A DNA stretch of 64,000 bases from Eledone cirrhosa (GCA_964016885.1 OZ024745.1:123938001-124002000), one strand, 5' to 3'; positions 36,293-50,429 are shown, counted from the first letter of the stretch. Translations and numbers: made by a program. Notes: a model not told the origin generated them from the sequence alone.

Positions 36293-37823
36293 CTTTTTTG
36301 TATTGTGTTGAAACATATTGCAATATTTGGGGAGGGTAATAAAGGATATGCACTACTTGATTTTTACTTTGGTTTTATCATTATTGGTTTGTGCTCTTAT
36401 GTGATTGTTAAACCTCTTTTATGACACATTCTGTAACCCCATCAATGAATATTTGTGTTCCTTTGTGCCTCCTTTATTGAGTAACATGCCCTGTTAGAAA
36501 TAGTAAACAAATTCTATCACATCACATTCAAATGTCTTAAAAGAAGAATGGTACATTAGCCAATCTAGTCCCCAATTATCAAACAAAAAGATGGGATGGT
36601 CATCGGCGGTTTACATTTGATCAGAGATCTGCTTAATTAAGATTGGCCAGGGGCTAAACAATAACTAAGATAAAGCAAATATTAGTCAACAACGGTTGAC
36701 TAGTAGATTGCATCACTGTGTAATTTAAGCAAAAAAACCATCAACACCATTCTTTGCCATGTGAAAAACAAAAAAATAACAAAAATACAATATAATAATA
36801 TATTGTAGAAAGCAAATTCACTTGCAGCTATAACACTAGAAATATGACTTATATAATGAACATTTTCCAGGTAGTAGCAATTTCAATTACAGACCTTATA
36901 GCTTATTGCTCTGTCAATATCAATCTGCTTCAAATCCCAGTTTCCTTGGCTTCCAAATTTGATCTAATATGCTAGTTATTACAGTAGGGGATTTTTCCGG
37001 GGGGTGGGGGGTGCATCTGTTGGAAAAAGAATCTATCTTAATTTAAAAATGCTGTTTTTCCATCCAATTAATTTTTTTTCTTTCTAAGTTGTCTTTTAGC
37101 AGGACATTGGCTCAGTATGCTGATTTTTATTAGGCATTTGCTTAAGATAGATTGTTATAATAGCATTCAGCCTGAATGCAGTTGTTTTTGTTGATTATCC
37201 TTTATTATACTTCTTCTATGGGGAATACAACTATAACTGACACTAACATAGTATTGTTAAAGACCTTACAATGCCTTTGTTAAATCATAAGAGATAAAAT
37301 GAAAGAAAAAATAGTTATGGCTGATGAATTTTATGATGTGGCCAAAGAGTTGAGGTTTTCTAGCTTTTTTTTTGTTTTTTGTTTTTTTTTTGCTACTGTT
37401 TAGGTACTGGTCAACTCTAAACATCCAAGTGGTAAATAGGAAGTCCTTCAAATGACTAGGTGCAATCATAGATCCTTTATACCATACCTCAGCTACTGAA
37501 GAGTTATGTGTTGCACTCTCACATCATATGAGGTACTGCACTTGTCTGAGAATTGTGCGTTTTTTCTCACTTTTGCCAGTTTTGTCTTTATAAGCTATCA
37601 GGTTCTGGTGTTGACTACTGAATACATAAGGTGAAATTAGTTTAGGGCATGTATTTCCCTCACCATCCTCCAGGGAAATGCTTTCTCTATTCTGTCCAGC
37701 AGGGCAGCCAGCACACATGGGCCCCCATTTGCTCATAATAGTGAGAGATGGGGAGAGTGGGAGAGACGGAGGCAGTTACAGCGAGGGTTTGGTTCCATTA
37801 TGTTTGGACCTGTTCGGATCATT

Positions 37824-38066
37824 ATCATCATCATCATCATCGTTTAACGTCTATCTTCCACTCTATCTTCCACGCTAGCATGGGTTAGATGGGAATTGTC
37901 CCACTTGAGGCAAGATTGGTCGGGTGACCGTGTCTCGCTCATATAGGACTATCTGGCAGGTTTTCTATGGCTGGATGCCCTTCCTAACACCAACCACAGT
38001 TACAGTGTGGACTGGGAACTTTTTACCGTGTTACCTACACGGCCACATTACAGCGTGGACTACCAC
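37824..38066 (-). mobile_element. RTE 3' UTR fragment
   Basis: Matches 17114-17340. Confidence 0.85.
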
Positions 38067-38685
38067 ACAACTTTTAACTATACACAATACTTCACAGATG
38101 ATACCAATCTTTCATAATCTTACCTTTTATACACACAGTGTCAGCTACTTATAACCAAGACAGTTGCTTTTATCTTTAATGTGGATCAAGGCACAGAGTT
38201 TGGAAAAAATAAGATTTATTGGTAAAATACTGCTGCTGCTATTTGTGTGTGATGTGCTTATTACTTGTATCAACTTTCTGAGTTCAAATCCTGTCGAGGT
38301 TAGCTTTGCCTTTCATCCTTACAGGGTTGATAAAATAGAGTACCAGTAATACACTGGGGTTGATTTAATCGACTTTCCCATCCACCAAAGCCATTATTTG
38401 TATCAGCTTAATGACAGTTGAGATAGTGTTTTTACATTGATATTGCTGTAGTTGGTGTTTAGTTGTGTTTTATATATTTCTAAGTGTTTAGTGTTGATGA
38501 TTGTGAAGCAAACGTTTTAACCCCTTAGTGATGCCTGTGCCCATTAAATAATCAGGTTTGGGATGCACAATGCCTAAAACTATTTGGGGTTGGTTATGGC
38601 TCAAGTAAGGTTCACTTGTACCTGCTGGGCTATATGGTTTGAAGTTTATTGTAGCAAGAAATTCATATTCAGCTCACCTTTCACT

Positions 38686-38871
38686 TTATCCCTTTAGCAT
38701 TTACATTACTCTATATTTACTATTGTATTTCACATAATATTGAATCTACAAGTTTTTGATGTTATTTATTTTGAGAACAATACTTTAACATAAGTATGAG
38801 CAGCTGGTTTGAACAGAAAGAGGTGAGAGAATTCTGGCCAGATACGGCCGGTTTAAATGCTAAAGAGTTAA
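38686..38871 (+). mobile_element. piggyBac-like MITE family B
   Basis: TIRs. Confidence 0.85.
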
Positions 38872-39062
38872 ACATGTGTTTTTTGTGTAGTGAAATGATG
38901 TGGTTGAGATCTATGTGCAACCTGTAATGATACAAAGTCTACTATTTTTGTATTCTTTGTGGTGTCTGTTCAGGTGTAGGTTAGCCCTAATTGAGCAAAG
39001 GCATTTGAGCTATAACCAACCCCTAATGTTTTTAGGTAGTGTGCAAAACCTTATTATTTAAT

Positions 39063-39250
39063 GGGCAGTAGATTGGTAGTATTGGTAGAGCATCAGTCAC
39101 CATGCTTTGCAGCACAAAGTTATGTTCCTTTACGTTCTAAGTTCAAATCTCGCCGAGATTAGCTTTGCGTTTCATCCTTTTGGGGTCGATAAAATAAAGT
39201 ACCAGTAATGCACTGGGTAATTGCTGGCCTTGTGCCAAAAGTAGAAACAA
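39063..39250 (+). mobile_element. SINE family A
   Basis: Matches 178-372. Confidence 0.85.
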
Positions 39251-39984
39251 GTTTTCTGAGAAGTTAAATCATTTTCTTTACAATCATGATGATCCAGGTT
39301 TGATCCCACTGTGTTATATCTTTGGCAAGTTCCTTTTATCTGGATTCCCAGGTTGACCCAAGCCTCTGAATAAAATTAGCTAAACAGAAACTATGTGGAA
39401 GCCTGTTGGGTGGATTGTACCTGTAATTCAAAGATACACCTTTGTCACACTGGGTCACATTAATTCTTCCTGAGAATCATGTTAAAGGTCTGAGTAAACA
39501 AGTTATGTCTCTCTAATTCTCAACCATTTACATGTTAATTTATCGAGTAGATAGCTTAGTTCAAGTAACAACTGAATCCTCACCTTCAAGACCAGCAGAA
39601 GATCCATCATCATTCAATATGTCCTTACCTTTGAGGGAGATTTGGCTGTTATTTCTAGCAAAATAAGCGACTACATAGCGGCCTCTTCATTTGCTCATTC
39701 ATGTTTTTAGTAATCTATTGTAGAGAATGATGGACTAGTCAAAGAGTATCATAATCTATGAAGGATCTTAAATACTGTTTGTATACTGCTGTTTTTTCTT
39801 TCTGTTGACAAAATATGGTCCCTGTGAGTTATCTAAATGTGCTTTTGTGCTGGTTTGTTTTCATTACTAAGACCTGATTTGAGAGGGTTTTGACTGCTAT
39901 TTCTAGCAGGTGGGGCAAATCTTAGAGGCCTCCCTTGTTATATGTTATTGGTTATATTTTCAGTTTGGAAATTAGTAAATATTT

Positions 39985-40192
39985 TATTCCAGATAGTGAG
40001 CTGTTTATTTTCAAAGTATTATATTTATCTAAAATATCTTCCATCATGATTTTATGTAAGAACATTTAGTAAGTTATTCACCAAATATGCTAGTTATTTT
40101 CCTAAATCTCTCGAAATACTTGACAATTTTCAAATTCTTTTGAAAATTGTAGGCAGTAGTTTTCCTTAGAAATATGGCTATGAAAGGATTAA
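39985..40192 (+). mobile_element. MITE family C (partial)
   Basis: Ends agaaatatggctatgaaaggattaa. Confidence 0.65.
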
Positions 40193-40659
40193 GTAGGTTG
40201 TTGCTCTCTTGCAAACCAAATGTCTTTGATCTCAACAGAATTTCAAAAACCTAATTGATGACTGATGCTAGCCATATTGGCCTGTAATTTGCTACTTTTT
40301 TTTATGACTTGCTTTAAACATGTTTTATAATTTACAAGTTGAATTAGACATTTGCATTGGATGTAATTTTTATCAGGTGATCCTTGCCCTAAATCCATTA
40401 CTGTAGTTCTTAATTGTTATTCCCTTTCCTACTTGACAATTACTACAAATTTAGTTGGGATTATCTGCCTGATTTCTGTTGATTTTAGTTATTTTCTCTT
40501 GCTACTAATAGTGTTTGATATGGTTTTCTAGGCGGTATCAATTTTAATTCAGTCAAAATCAACAGCGGTGGTCACTGAAAGCATATCAATATTACTTCTG
40601 CAGGATTTTTCCTATTTCCTTTAGTATCACACTCGAAAGGAGCCAATAGGCAAAAAAAT

Positions 40660-41190
40660 CTTCTTTGGCCACTTATTCCTGAGAGCGTCATGGGAGTAGA
40701 GTCCTCAGACACTCCCTCCAATGGGTCCTGTCAGAAGCAACTGTCTCCAACTGATCCAGCTGGATCCCCAAGCATGACCAGTCAAGCTATTAGATGTTAT
40801 CCAACCATCTTGCTTGGGGTCTACCCCTGAGTCTCCTACCTGTTGGTTTTGCCCATAAAATGTGTCCAGCGATACTTTCCTGAGACTTTCTAACCACATG
40901 CAACATAGTATCGGAGTTGTGATCTCTCAATTCGGAGAAGTAACGGCTCTATATGAGGTGAATCTCTGATCTCCGAGCTACATACTTTATCGAGTAATGT
41001 TACTCCAAAGACCCTCCCGAGGAATCCCATTTGGCCGCTTGTATTCGCGATTGTATTGGTCTTTAACCAAGATTCATGACCATAGGTAAGGGTTGGCATG
41101 AAAACTGAATTGAAGACAGCGAGTTTGGCTTTTACGCCTACCTCCCTTCTTCTTATAACTGAATGTTGAAGCTGGCACATGACTGGCAAA
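40660..41190 (-). mobile_element. LINE family 3 fragment (RTE/RTE-X-like)
   Basis: KAKLAVFNSVFMPTLTYGHESW..IEPLLLRIERSQLRYY. Confidence 0.85.
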
Positions 41191-41244
41191 AATGGGGTTC
41201 TGTATTTCAAAGCAAATAAATAGAAAGCTGTAGTGTTTACAATT

Positions 41245-41600
41245 ATTATGCAATGTCAATGTGCGTGAACAACCCATCATGGATGTGTTGAGAGAGAAAC
41301 TGAGAGGGATAGAATGTAGTGTGCGAGAGAGGAGACTCTCGTGGTATGGACATGTGATGCGCATGGAGGATGACCGATGGGTGAAGAAGTGCCAGGAAAT
41401 GCCAGTTGAAGGAAGACGTGGTAGAGGTAGACCACGAAAAATATGGGCGGAGGTGGTGAGAACAGAACTCAGATTGCTCAAGCTCACAGTGGAGATGACG
41501 AAGGACCGTGACAGGTGGAGAGATGCTGTGCTGAATAAGACACGTCCCACCCTTGCAAGCAGGGAAAAGCGGACGTAAAATGATGATGATGATGATGATG
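41245..41600 (+). mobile_element. 5'-truncated RTE family 2
   Basis: [21 protein letters not shown], (GAT)n tail. Confidence 0.9.
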
Positions 41601-43091
41601 ACTTTACAAGTTCCTTGAAAATAACTTTTGATGTATTTTTACTAGTCATGAATATTCTGCTTATTTTGTTTTGGATGTTTGTTTATCTTTAGATCATCTG
41701 CTTCTTTTTATTTTGATAATAGAATGGGTTGGAGTGTTATAAGTATAGGTATACCCTTTTACCTGTTTCAGTCATCCAGTTGAGGCCATGCTGGTGTGTC
41801 TCCAAATATCATACAAGCCACATCACAGTCAATTCCAATATATTATAAAGCAATTGTTTTTAAGTTTACCTTATGCTAGATTATATTCCCAATACACAAT
41901 GTCCTGGTTAAAGAGCAGTTTTCCCCTAATATGTAGCAGACTATTTTGTGATGGTCACTGAATACCAGGCCTTGTGTATTTTTATTATCCTTTGTTGACT
42001 CATGCACTATTTTTACTATGTGTATCCAGTTTAGAATAAGTATATCATATTTTTGCTTGTGATAAGAAGCAACTAAGTGTTTGGCATCAGGAATGGCATT
42101 GCCTAAAAAAGAGCTTCATGATTAGTATGAAGCCTGTCATGGAATCCACAAGACTCTTTCTTTAGAAGGAAGAATTGTCTTAACATGTTTTTTGTTGACT
42201 CATCAACTAGTTGAGAGAGAAAAAAATGAAAACCCTCATCTATGATATTAAATGACTTCTTCTCTTTAGCTATATGTAAAGCCTGGCTAATCATTAATAG
42301 ATTTAGAACTTAATATTTATGAAGGATATGTTATTTTATAGGCATTCATAGAAAAAATCAAGCAGTATTGTTCTTTGACTATAGACCTCTAATAATATAT
42401 GAGGTTTTTTTATTGTATATATATATAGACAGTCAAAAACATAATTCACAGTTGGTGTCCATTTTAAAGTTACAAACTGAATGAAGTATTTTCTATTGTT
42501 CTAAATGAAGAGTATTGAAGCTCATCCTGTCAGGTAACCATAAAAATCAAGTTCTTTTTACTATATATAAAAATACATTAATGTATTTTATACATAGCTA
42601 ATTGTATACACCCGTGTTTATTATACAATAGTTTAGTTTATTATTTACTGATATTGTTTCATAAAGTCTTATGAAACAGGCTAAATGAACATATGATGAT
42701 AGCATCTCTAAACCTTTCTCTCTTAGTGCATTTGGTGCAGGGGTTAAAGGGTTGTCTGTTCCAATTATTTTCATGTTGGCTTCAAGTTGATATTAGCTTA
42801 TGTTAGAATAAAGAAGGAATGCAGTAGCACAACTTCTTATATATGAATTTTACATTTCTGATTGTTAACATTGAAGTTTATACCTTGAACATTCATTGAA
42901 AAAATAAAACTTGAAATTCTTGGTGGGGGAATTTTTATTGTAATGATTATAATAACTGAAATTTTGGGAGATTGATTTTCATAGGTGTCCAAAATAAGTA
43001 AGTAGATCAATGGATCTCTTCCACATTCCATGCCCCATAGCTGTAGGTGTATATTCAGATTTGGTCCTCGTATTTACTCAAATTATTTTCT

Positions 43092-43285
43092 TATAATTGT
43101 TTCTACTTTTGGCACAAGGCCAGCTATTACCCCAGTGTATTACTGGTACTTTATGTTATCGACCCCGTAAGGATGAAAGGCAAAGTTAACCTCGGTGGGA
43201 TTTGAACTCAGGTTGGCAAGGGCCATAACTCAATGCATCAAAGCATGGTGTCTGACCCTCTACCGATACTGCCAAACCACTGCCC
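43092..43285 (-). mobile_element. SINE family A
   Basis: Full length; TSD attattttc(t/c)tat. Confidence 0.9.
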
Positions 43286-43399
43286 TATTATTTTCCTATT
43301 AATAATGTTGGTCACAAATACAGTCACAAATACAGTCACATCTGTTGGTGCTGCAAGAATAATCCTTCATTACTAGAGCTTCCTTCCCAGAATATTAAT

Positions 43400-43650
43400 A
43401 TTTTCATTATCATATTTCTAATGGCAGATACTGCCTATGATTTTCAAATATTTTTTAAATAGTCAAATATTGAGAGATTTAGTAATATAACTAACTTCCT
43501 CATTATTTATTTGATATTTGGAACATAACAAAGTTTCTTACATAAAATTATGATAGAACATTTTAAGATAAATATAAACACTTTATAACAAACTGTTTTG
43601 TACCATAGAACTAGAGGCAGTTTCAAGCAGTTTGGAATCAAAAAGGTAAA
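43400..43650 (-). mobile_element. MITE family C
   Basis: Reverse copy, near full length. Confidence 0.7.
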
Positions 43651-44152
43651 TATCTGAAATTACTCCTCTAGACATTTACTTCTCTGTAAGTCTGAATTTA
43701 GAGACATTCAAACTGAATATAAAGTGCATTAGTCTCACTTGTCTCTTGAGAAGGAAGATGGAGCTGCCAAGGTCATAGACATAGCTCATTTCCATGACTA
43801 AACCAGAAACAAAAACTAACATTCTTTTACTTAGCATAGCAAAACTAGCAGGAAAACTGTTGTTTTTATGTTTATAGCAGTTAAATCAGGCAGTTTCTAT
43901 TAAGCTGGTCATTTTTGTATTCATTAATCACATGTCTGGTTTCTAGTAGTAGATGGGTGACAGCACATTCTTATTTCATGTACAATCTCAGGAGTGTGAA
44001 ATAATAACAGAATGTGTGATCATATTTAATTTGGTTAGAAGCTCTGGGGATTGGGTTGGTGTTGAGAAGTTAAATCATTTATTATTTGTTTGGCTAGACA
44101 CTTCTGGAGTTGTGTATTTAGAATGACACAATATTCATTTATTTCTTTTCCA

Positions 44153-44368
44153 TTAACCATTTAGCATTCAAACTGGCTGTGTCCAGCCAGAATTCTCTCA
44201 CCTCTTTCTATTCAAACCTGCTATAACTGACTGCTCATACTGATGTTAAGGTATTGTTTTCGAAATAAATAATATCAAAATCGCATAGATTCGATATTAT
44301 GTGAGGTAAAGCCTTTACCAAGAAAATATGATAGTAAATATAGAGTAATATAAATGCTGAAGGCTAAA
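44153..44368 (-). mobile_element. piggyBac-like MITE family B
   Basis: TIRs; adjacent flank duplicated at 544-725. Confidence 0.85.
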
Positions 44369-46063
44369 GGGCTGGTGACTTACCGTAGTAAAGTCTAAAC
44401 TAATTTTACTGTATATACTACCAAAACAAGTATAGTGAAGTTAAAAACCAGTTTTCAATTAATACTTCTATATCTGATTGGATACTTAGTGTTATTTCTT
44501 ATAATTAGACTTGGTAGATTTATTTTAGGTGCATCCAACAACAATAAGAGTGAACTAAATAGTTGTTTGTATTTTAAAGCTGGAGTTCAGAAATTCAACA
44601 TAATTGTCTGATCTGCCAGAAATAATTGCTAAATTTCCTTTAAATCTCTGTAGTTGACAATTTGGCAGAATTGTTCTGTATTATGAATTCAAATCCCACA
44701 AATGTCAAATTCTTAATGACTAATTCATATTTTTCTGAGTCTCCTCTTCATTTTGATTTTGTTTTAGCGATACAGAGGAGCAAGAATAGTCATTGAGAAG
44801 GTCACAAAATGTGTGATGAAAGAGCTTTGGTAATTAAATGGATTAGTTACCTAACTAATAAAAGAAAGTGAAACTCAACTGGTGTGTGTATTTTTATTGG
44901 AGGCATGCATATATGTGTATATATATATCATCATCATCATCATCATCATCATTTTACGTCCGCTTTTCCCTGCTTGGTAATCCAAATAGAGGTTATGAGT
45001 ACTCTGTATCGAGGATAGTTTTAACGTACAGCCGATCCACGTTATTCTTCACTCACTTACTATATATATATATTATATGTATATATGTTATATATATATA
45101 TTATATGTATGTGTGTGTGAATGCACACACACACACACACACATGCATACACACAACTTTAATAAACTGTAACTTAAGAAATTTATATTTGTGTGTTGGG
45201 AGAATGGGGAAAAGTACATCTGTACACTACCTACTATTAAACTGCCCTCCCGCCCACCGCCCCGCCCCCCAAAATTCTATAAACTGAAGACCTACAAAAG
45301 CCAAATATTCAACAGAATAAATGGTATGGAAGAGCTAAATGACTGACATTACGCACCTTATAACATTCAGTTCTTATTTTCAAAAAATATCTGTTGGTTG
45401 TACTTCAGTATCATTTTCTCAACATAGATAGTTGAGTATCACTAATATAGTGAAGGCACATGGCCTACTGGTTAGGGTGTGGGGCTTATGATCATTAAGT
45501 CTTAGACTGGTTGACACATATGTTCCAATTCACTCAGTTGAAAATGAGTACCAACATCAACTAGGAGTTAGACTTTCAATGGACTGACAGTTCAGCCACC
45601 TATTTCTTATAATACCAGATTAAGCTCTGGGCTTTATCCACCCTGAGCAAGAATGTAAAATGGTAACTCGAACTCATTGAATCATTAAATTCAACATACA
45701 TTTCAATATTTACCAAAATATGGAACTTCAATCCAGTCAATCAGTAAAATTTCACTCAAAGCACATTAATTCAAATTTCCCAACTCCTTCCCTTCAATTT
45801 TTCTGCCTTTATTAAACATTATTCTTCAAAGCATCAAGGAGCTAAAATATCTTAACACTTTCAAACTATATCTCGACAAATTATTTCAAACAGATATTTA
45901 TAAAATTTGACTGCCAAAATTTCACCAATAGAGGGGAATGAGGAATGGTTAAGAATATTCCTTTATCAGATGATGCAATAAATTTAGACAAGTCTTGAGT
46001 AACTCTTTGGTGAAATCATTCTAAAGTATACACAAAGTTGATAAACTAAGGAATTTTAAAATA

Positions 46064-46240
46064 CAGGTAAAATTCCGTTATAATGAATATCATTATAACA
46101 AATTTTTCAGTATAATGAAATATTTTTCAATCCCTGGCCACATGCTCGATGTGTTAGGTCGATCTCATTATAAAGAATTTTTTGTTACAACGAATTTTTC
46201 TTTTATACCTTGTGAGTTTTGTTATAACAGAATTTCACTA
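46064..46240. mobile_element. Tigger/pogo-like MITE
   Basis: TA-CAGGTAAAATTCCGTTATAA ... TTATAACAGAATTTCACTA, with internal ttataac repeats. Confidence 0.6.
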
Positions 46241-47399
46241 TTATATTGAAGCTGAACATGCTAAAATACTAAGTTTTGTTAAGAGATAAGCCTCTGCATG
46301 GTTGCTTGAACTGACAAAAATAGCAATCAAATGTACTCAAATCCCAGTCTACCATAATGAATGAGTTGAAAGAAGACACATTTGATAATGTAGTCTTAGA
46401 TAATCCTATAGAGATGGATTGATTCTAACAAATTTCATTGATAAGGCAGGATTCACTTAGGACTAAACAACAATAACTTTTAAGTCACATCATACACATA
46501 TTGAACATTTTCCTACTATATATAGAGTCAGAACCTAAAGAAAGTCTTATTACAGACAAAGAATAATTTATTCAAAGCATCAACTTCAATCTTCATTAGA
46601 AATTCTATTTTACATTGATATCAAACAGCTAGAATAAGAAGAGGGAGGAAAACATTTGGGAAATTACTATCACTGAAGAAATTTTCTCTCTGTAAAAACC
46701 TTATAACTCTTGTTTAACTCTTTAATATACTGATTAATATAATTTGCTTTTAACAATTCATATATCCCTGGAAGAGATATTGGAGAGTTTTTCTATGATG
46801 TTTTTCTATGATAGACATAAAAACTAAAATTTTCATTAGTGAGAGATAGAAGAATTTTGAAGTTCATGTCTTTCCATGGTGTAAGCAGAATAAGCACCAT
46901 CTAGAAATTAAAACTGAGTTAGCTTGTCATATTCAGCTTGTCAAGAGTCTACCTTTCACTCTACTAGACACAGTCTTTGTTTCCAATATATAATTGCCTC
47001 TCCTGAGGACAGTGACAGGTAAGCATCTGTAAAGTCTAAATTCCTTGCAACAAATTGGCTGAGATGTTAGCATCAGATAGAATGCAATGTTGCATTTGTT
47101 TCAATTCTCTACACTCAAAGTTCAACTTCTGCAGAAGTCAACTTTGCTTTTCATTCTTTTAGGCTCAATAAATATAGTAACAGTCAAAAGCTTTAGAAGA
47201 GGTGAATAATTAGAGCATTAGATAATATTCTAGCTTTCTGTGATCTAAGTTCAAATTCAACCTTCTATCATAGCCTCTTTGTGTTGAGGTCAAAGGAAAT
47301 TTGATAGTTGGTTAATGGTTAATAAGCTTCTAAACATATACATTTTATTTATAGAATATATCAGGTAAATACAGCTTAATAGAAAAATAAAAAGAAGAG

Positions 47400-47663
47400 A
47401 ATTTAGATTGAGAAGAACTGAATGTAAAATAGGAAAATATAGAGAAAAAGAGAAAAAAGAAAGAAAAAACTGGAAGGGAGGAATAGCAAGGACTCTAGTG
47501 TCACAGAAGAATGGGAAGAGGAAGGGGGAAGATGATTGGGCTCTGGACCTAGGCCACAACGGTAAAGGGGCTGCACCCTGCAGACAAGACTGCAAAAGCA
47601 TTCCAGCAGACAATGGCCAACAACACTCGCTGCAACAGCCATCCCACCTCACGGGGCTCCCTC
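47400..47663 (-). mobile_element. Second CRE-like 3' fragment
   Basis: REPREVGWLLQRVLLAIVCWNAFAVLSA (47549-47662) aligns with EPRELEWLFQRVSLAVLGGNAFSILSA of the 15360 ORF. Confidence 0.7.
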
Positions 47664-48190
47664 TAATATCAAATGATGTAGCACTTACAGCAATGTTTCA
47701 GTCACATGAATTTACATCAATGTAATGTGGTAGTGTTGGTGCCATGATAAAATGCACCCGCTACAAAGTGATTAGTATTAGAAACCATATATGAAAATTA
47801 TGAGCAATATGTTATTATCTGACTTGTCCTGTCTTAGAGATGACCTGTCCAATCCATGCCAGCATGGTAAATGTAAGTAAAATGATGATAATGCATGGGA
47901 TAAGGTCAAAAAGAGAAAAAAGAAGACAAGCTACAACACAAAAAGATGTTATATACACAGTGTTGAAAAGATGTTCTGTGGTGAGTGCAGCAGCTATCTA
48001 TAGCTAACTACCTATGTATCTATCTTTGGACAATATATACAATATCTATCTATATATATATCTACTTGCATATATGTCCACCTACCTGTGTGTTTGTCTC
48101 TCTATTGGTCTATCAATCTGTCTCTGTCTATTTCTCTCTATGTATCAACTTACCTACCTGGCTTTCTTTCTATTTATCTATCCCCCCCCC

Positions 48191-48227
<37 letters not shown>

Positions 48228-48542
48228 CTTCACGTTTTAATTTGTTTTGCAAGATTTCTTATCTGAAAACGTGTGTGAAAACAGATATTTTTATACTTTG
48301 GGAGGGTCATGCTACCAATAAAAATACGCGCACCTGTTGGTTTTTACTTCAATTTATTATAAATTCTTGGTTGGTTGGTTTGACAAACGGATAGTTGTTT
48401 ATATATTGTCAAAGCTCTTTCGTCACACATTCTGTAACCTCCTCAGTGACTGGATTTTTATCTTGTGTCTCTCCTTTGTTCTTTCCTACACCAACTTGGA
48501 ATTATCAAATTAACTTCATCATTTTTGTTGGGTAAAGAGTGA

Positions 48543-48875
48543 ATATCCCCTCGGTCACGAACGACCATGGGATTTGCACCTAGAAAGTTCCCTTCCGAGG
48601 CACAAGTCCAGGCAAGGTTTTTTGTGAAAGACCAACAGTCGCCCATACATACCAACCTCCCCTCTCCACGCCACCGATGTTGTTGAAGGAAAAGGCAAAG
48701 GCGGATACAGCTTGGCACCAGTAATGTCGAAACTCATTTCTACAGCTGAGTGAACTGGAGTAACATGAAATAAAGTATCTTGCTCAAGAACAGAATGCAA
48801 AGCCTAGTCCAAGAATCAAACTGAGAACTTGACGATTGTATGCCCAACTCTCAAACCGCTAAGCTATGCACCTTC
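48543..48875 (-). mobile_element. tRNA/CORE-head SINE with another 3' module
   Basis: tRNA head and CORE-like block, then ggtgccaagctgtatc..aactttctaggtgcaaatcccatggtc. Confidence 0.75.
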
Positions 48876-49382
48876 ATTTTTAACGGGTAATATGCTATTA
48901 TATGTACATATGTGTGATTGCGTGTGTATATATAGTGAAAATGAACTTTGTTCACATAGATAAATACATTTTTTTTTTCAATACTTATATTTTTATTTCA
49001 TATATATTTTATCTGGTATTTCTGGATGGACACTTTAATTAGCCAAAATTCCACCAAGTAAACAGTCATTTGTTGAGAAGGAAAAAAGATATCATTTATT
49101 TTGACAACTATGTTGTATTTTCTTGATGTTATTTTATTGATTCGTTTTATATGTTGTTTTGGGGGGCTTATTTTTAACTGTTTAGTTAAAAACTGAAATT
49201 GCCTATTTGCATTTCTTCTGCTAAATTTTATTCATTTTTTTCCTATATTTATTTTGTAAATTGATTTTATGAATTGATAGAGGTATTTTGACGAAAGGTG
49301 TTTCTATTTGTGAGTGCTTATGTCTGTATGTTTACATAATTATATCTTAATAATAATAATAAATATATTTATATATAAATAA

Positions 49383-49438
<56 letters not shown>

Positions 49439-49512
49439 AAAGAAAAAAAGATGAAATCGAAAATGCAACTGGAGTCTTATTTTAAAAAAATATATATATA
49501 TTTATTTGGTTC

Positions 49513-49548
49513 CTTTACCGGTTTCGCAGTTCTTCTGCTTTTCAAAAG
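49513..49548 (-). ncRNA. Minimal type I hammerhead ribozyme, U3-A8 core variant
   Basis: Minus strand: CTT TTGAAAA GCAG-AAGAA-CTGC GAAA CCGG TA AAG; stems I and II perfect, palindromic stem III ACCGGT, GUA triplet, AATAAA just downstream. Confidence 0.75.
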
Positions 49549-50119
49549 TAGAGTTGAGATGGAGGGTCTGTGGTTTTTCTCACATCTGGTTGGTCTCTGA
49601 ATGTTACTTGTTTTATATGGAAAAAGTGGCTCGAAATGCCAGGTTTTTCGAGAAGTAATTTGATTGGTTGGTCAATAATTATAAGTTTCGCGCCAGTTCA
49701 CGTTACAAAGTTCTTCATACAAGAGGGAGGGGGGGTGGATTGTCACAGGTTGTTTTTTTCATATATGATTGTTTGAATTTCTTTTTACTTAAAAAAAGAG
49801 GGGGGAGGGGGCTCACGATAGCTTTTTTTAAAAAAACGTAATTTGATTGGTTATAAATGAAATTATGGCTGTCACGTGAACAAGTTTTCATAAAATTTTC
49901 GCACCCTTATTTGGAAATCTATTCTGTAGCCTTTTTAGAGAATTTTATGACAAGTAAAAGATAATGGTCAAGAGAAATTGGATGAGAGAATTGTTTTGGT
50001 TCAGTGAATATGGTTAGTTCGCTGGGGTGTAAGAATTCAAATTTTCTATTGAATAAAGAAAGTAAAGATATGTATGTTTATTTGTGTGCTTGTGTGTGTG
50101 TGTTGTATATATATATATA

Positions 50120-50162
<43 letters not shown>

Positions 50163-50238
50163 ATATATATTAAACGATTCTTTGCTTAAACTTTAATCTG
50201 TTATTTTAATAAATATATATATATATATATTTATATAT

Positions 50239-50338
50239 AACAAAGGAATTGTGGTAAGGAACCAGATGGACCATAACACACCAGAGTACTCAATACTTAG
50301 GGTAGTAGAGTGGGAAATAGGAAAAAGTATTTTCCTAT
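50239..50338 (-). mobile_element. Copy of the 6627-6792 element with the hairpin collapsed
   Basis: Near-identical 80-bp body; hairpin reduced to ataggaaaa-agta-ttttcctat. Confidence 0.75.
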
Positions 50339-50365
50339 ATATATATATATATATATATAAAAACC

Positions 50366-50396
<31 letters not shown>

Positions 50397-50398
50397 CC

Positions 50399-50429
<31 letters not shown>

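Noticed and set aside
45290-45910. Possible ancient CR1/L2 remnant (also 61860-62100)
   Set aside because: Only a few motif-like residues; too decayed to call.
48258-48290. tatctgaaaacgtgtgtgaaaacagata as a hammerhead
   Set aside because: C3-A8 mismatch and no valid stem II, stem III or cleavage triplet.
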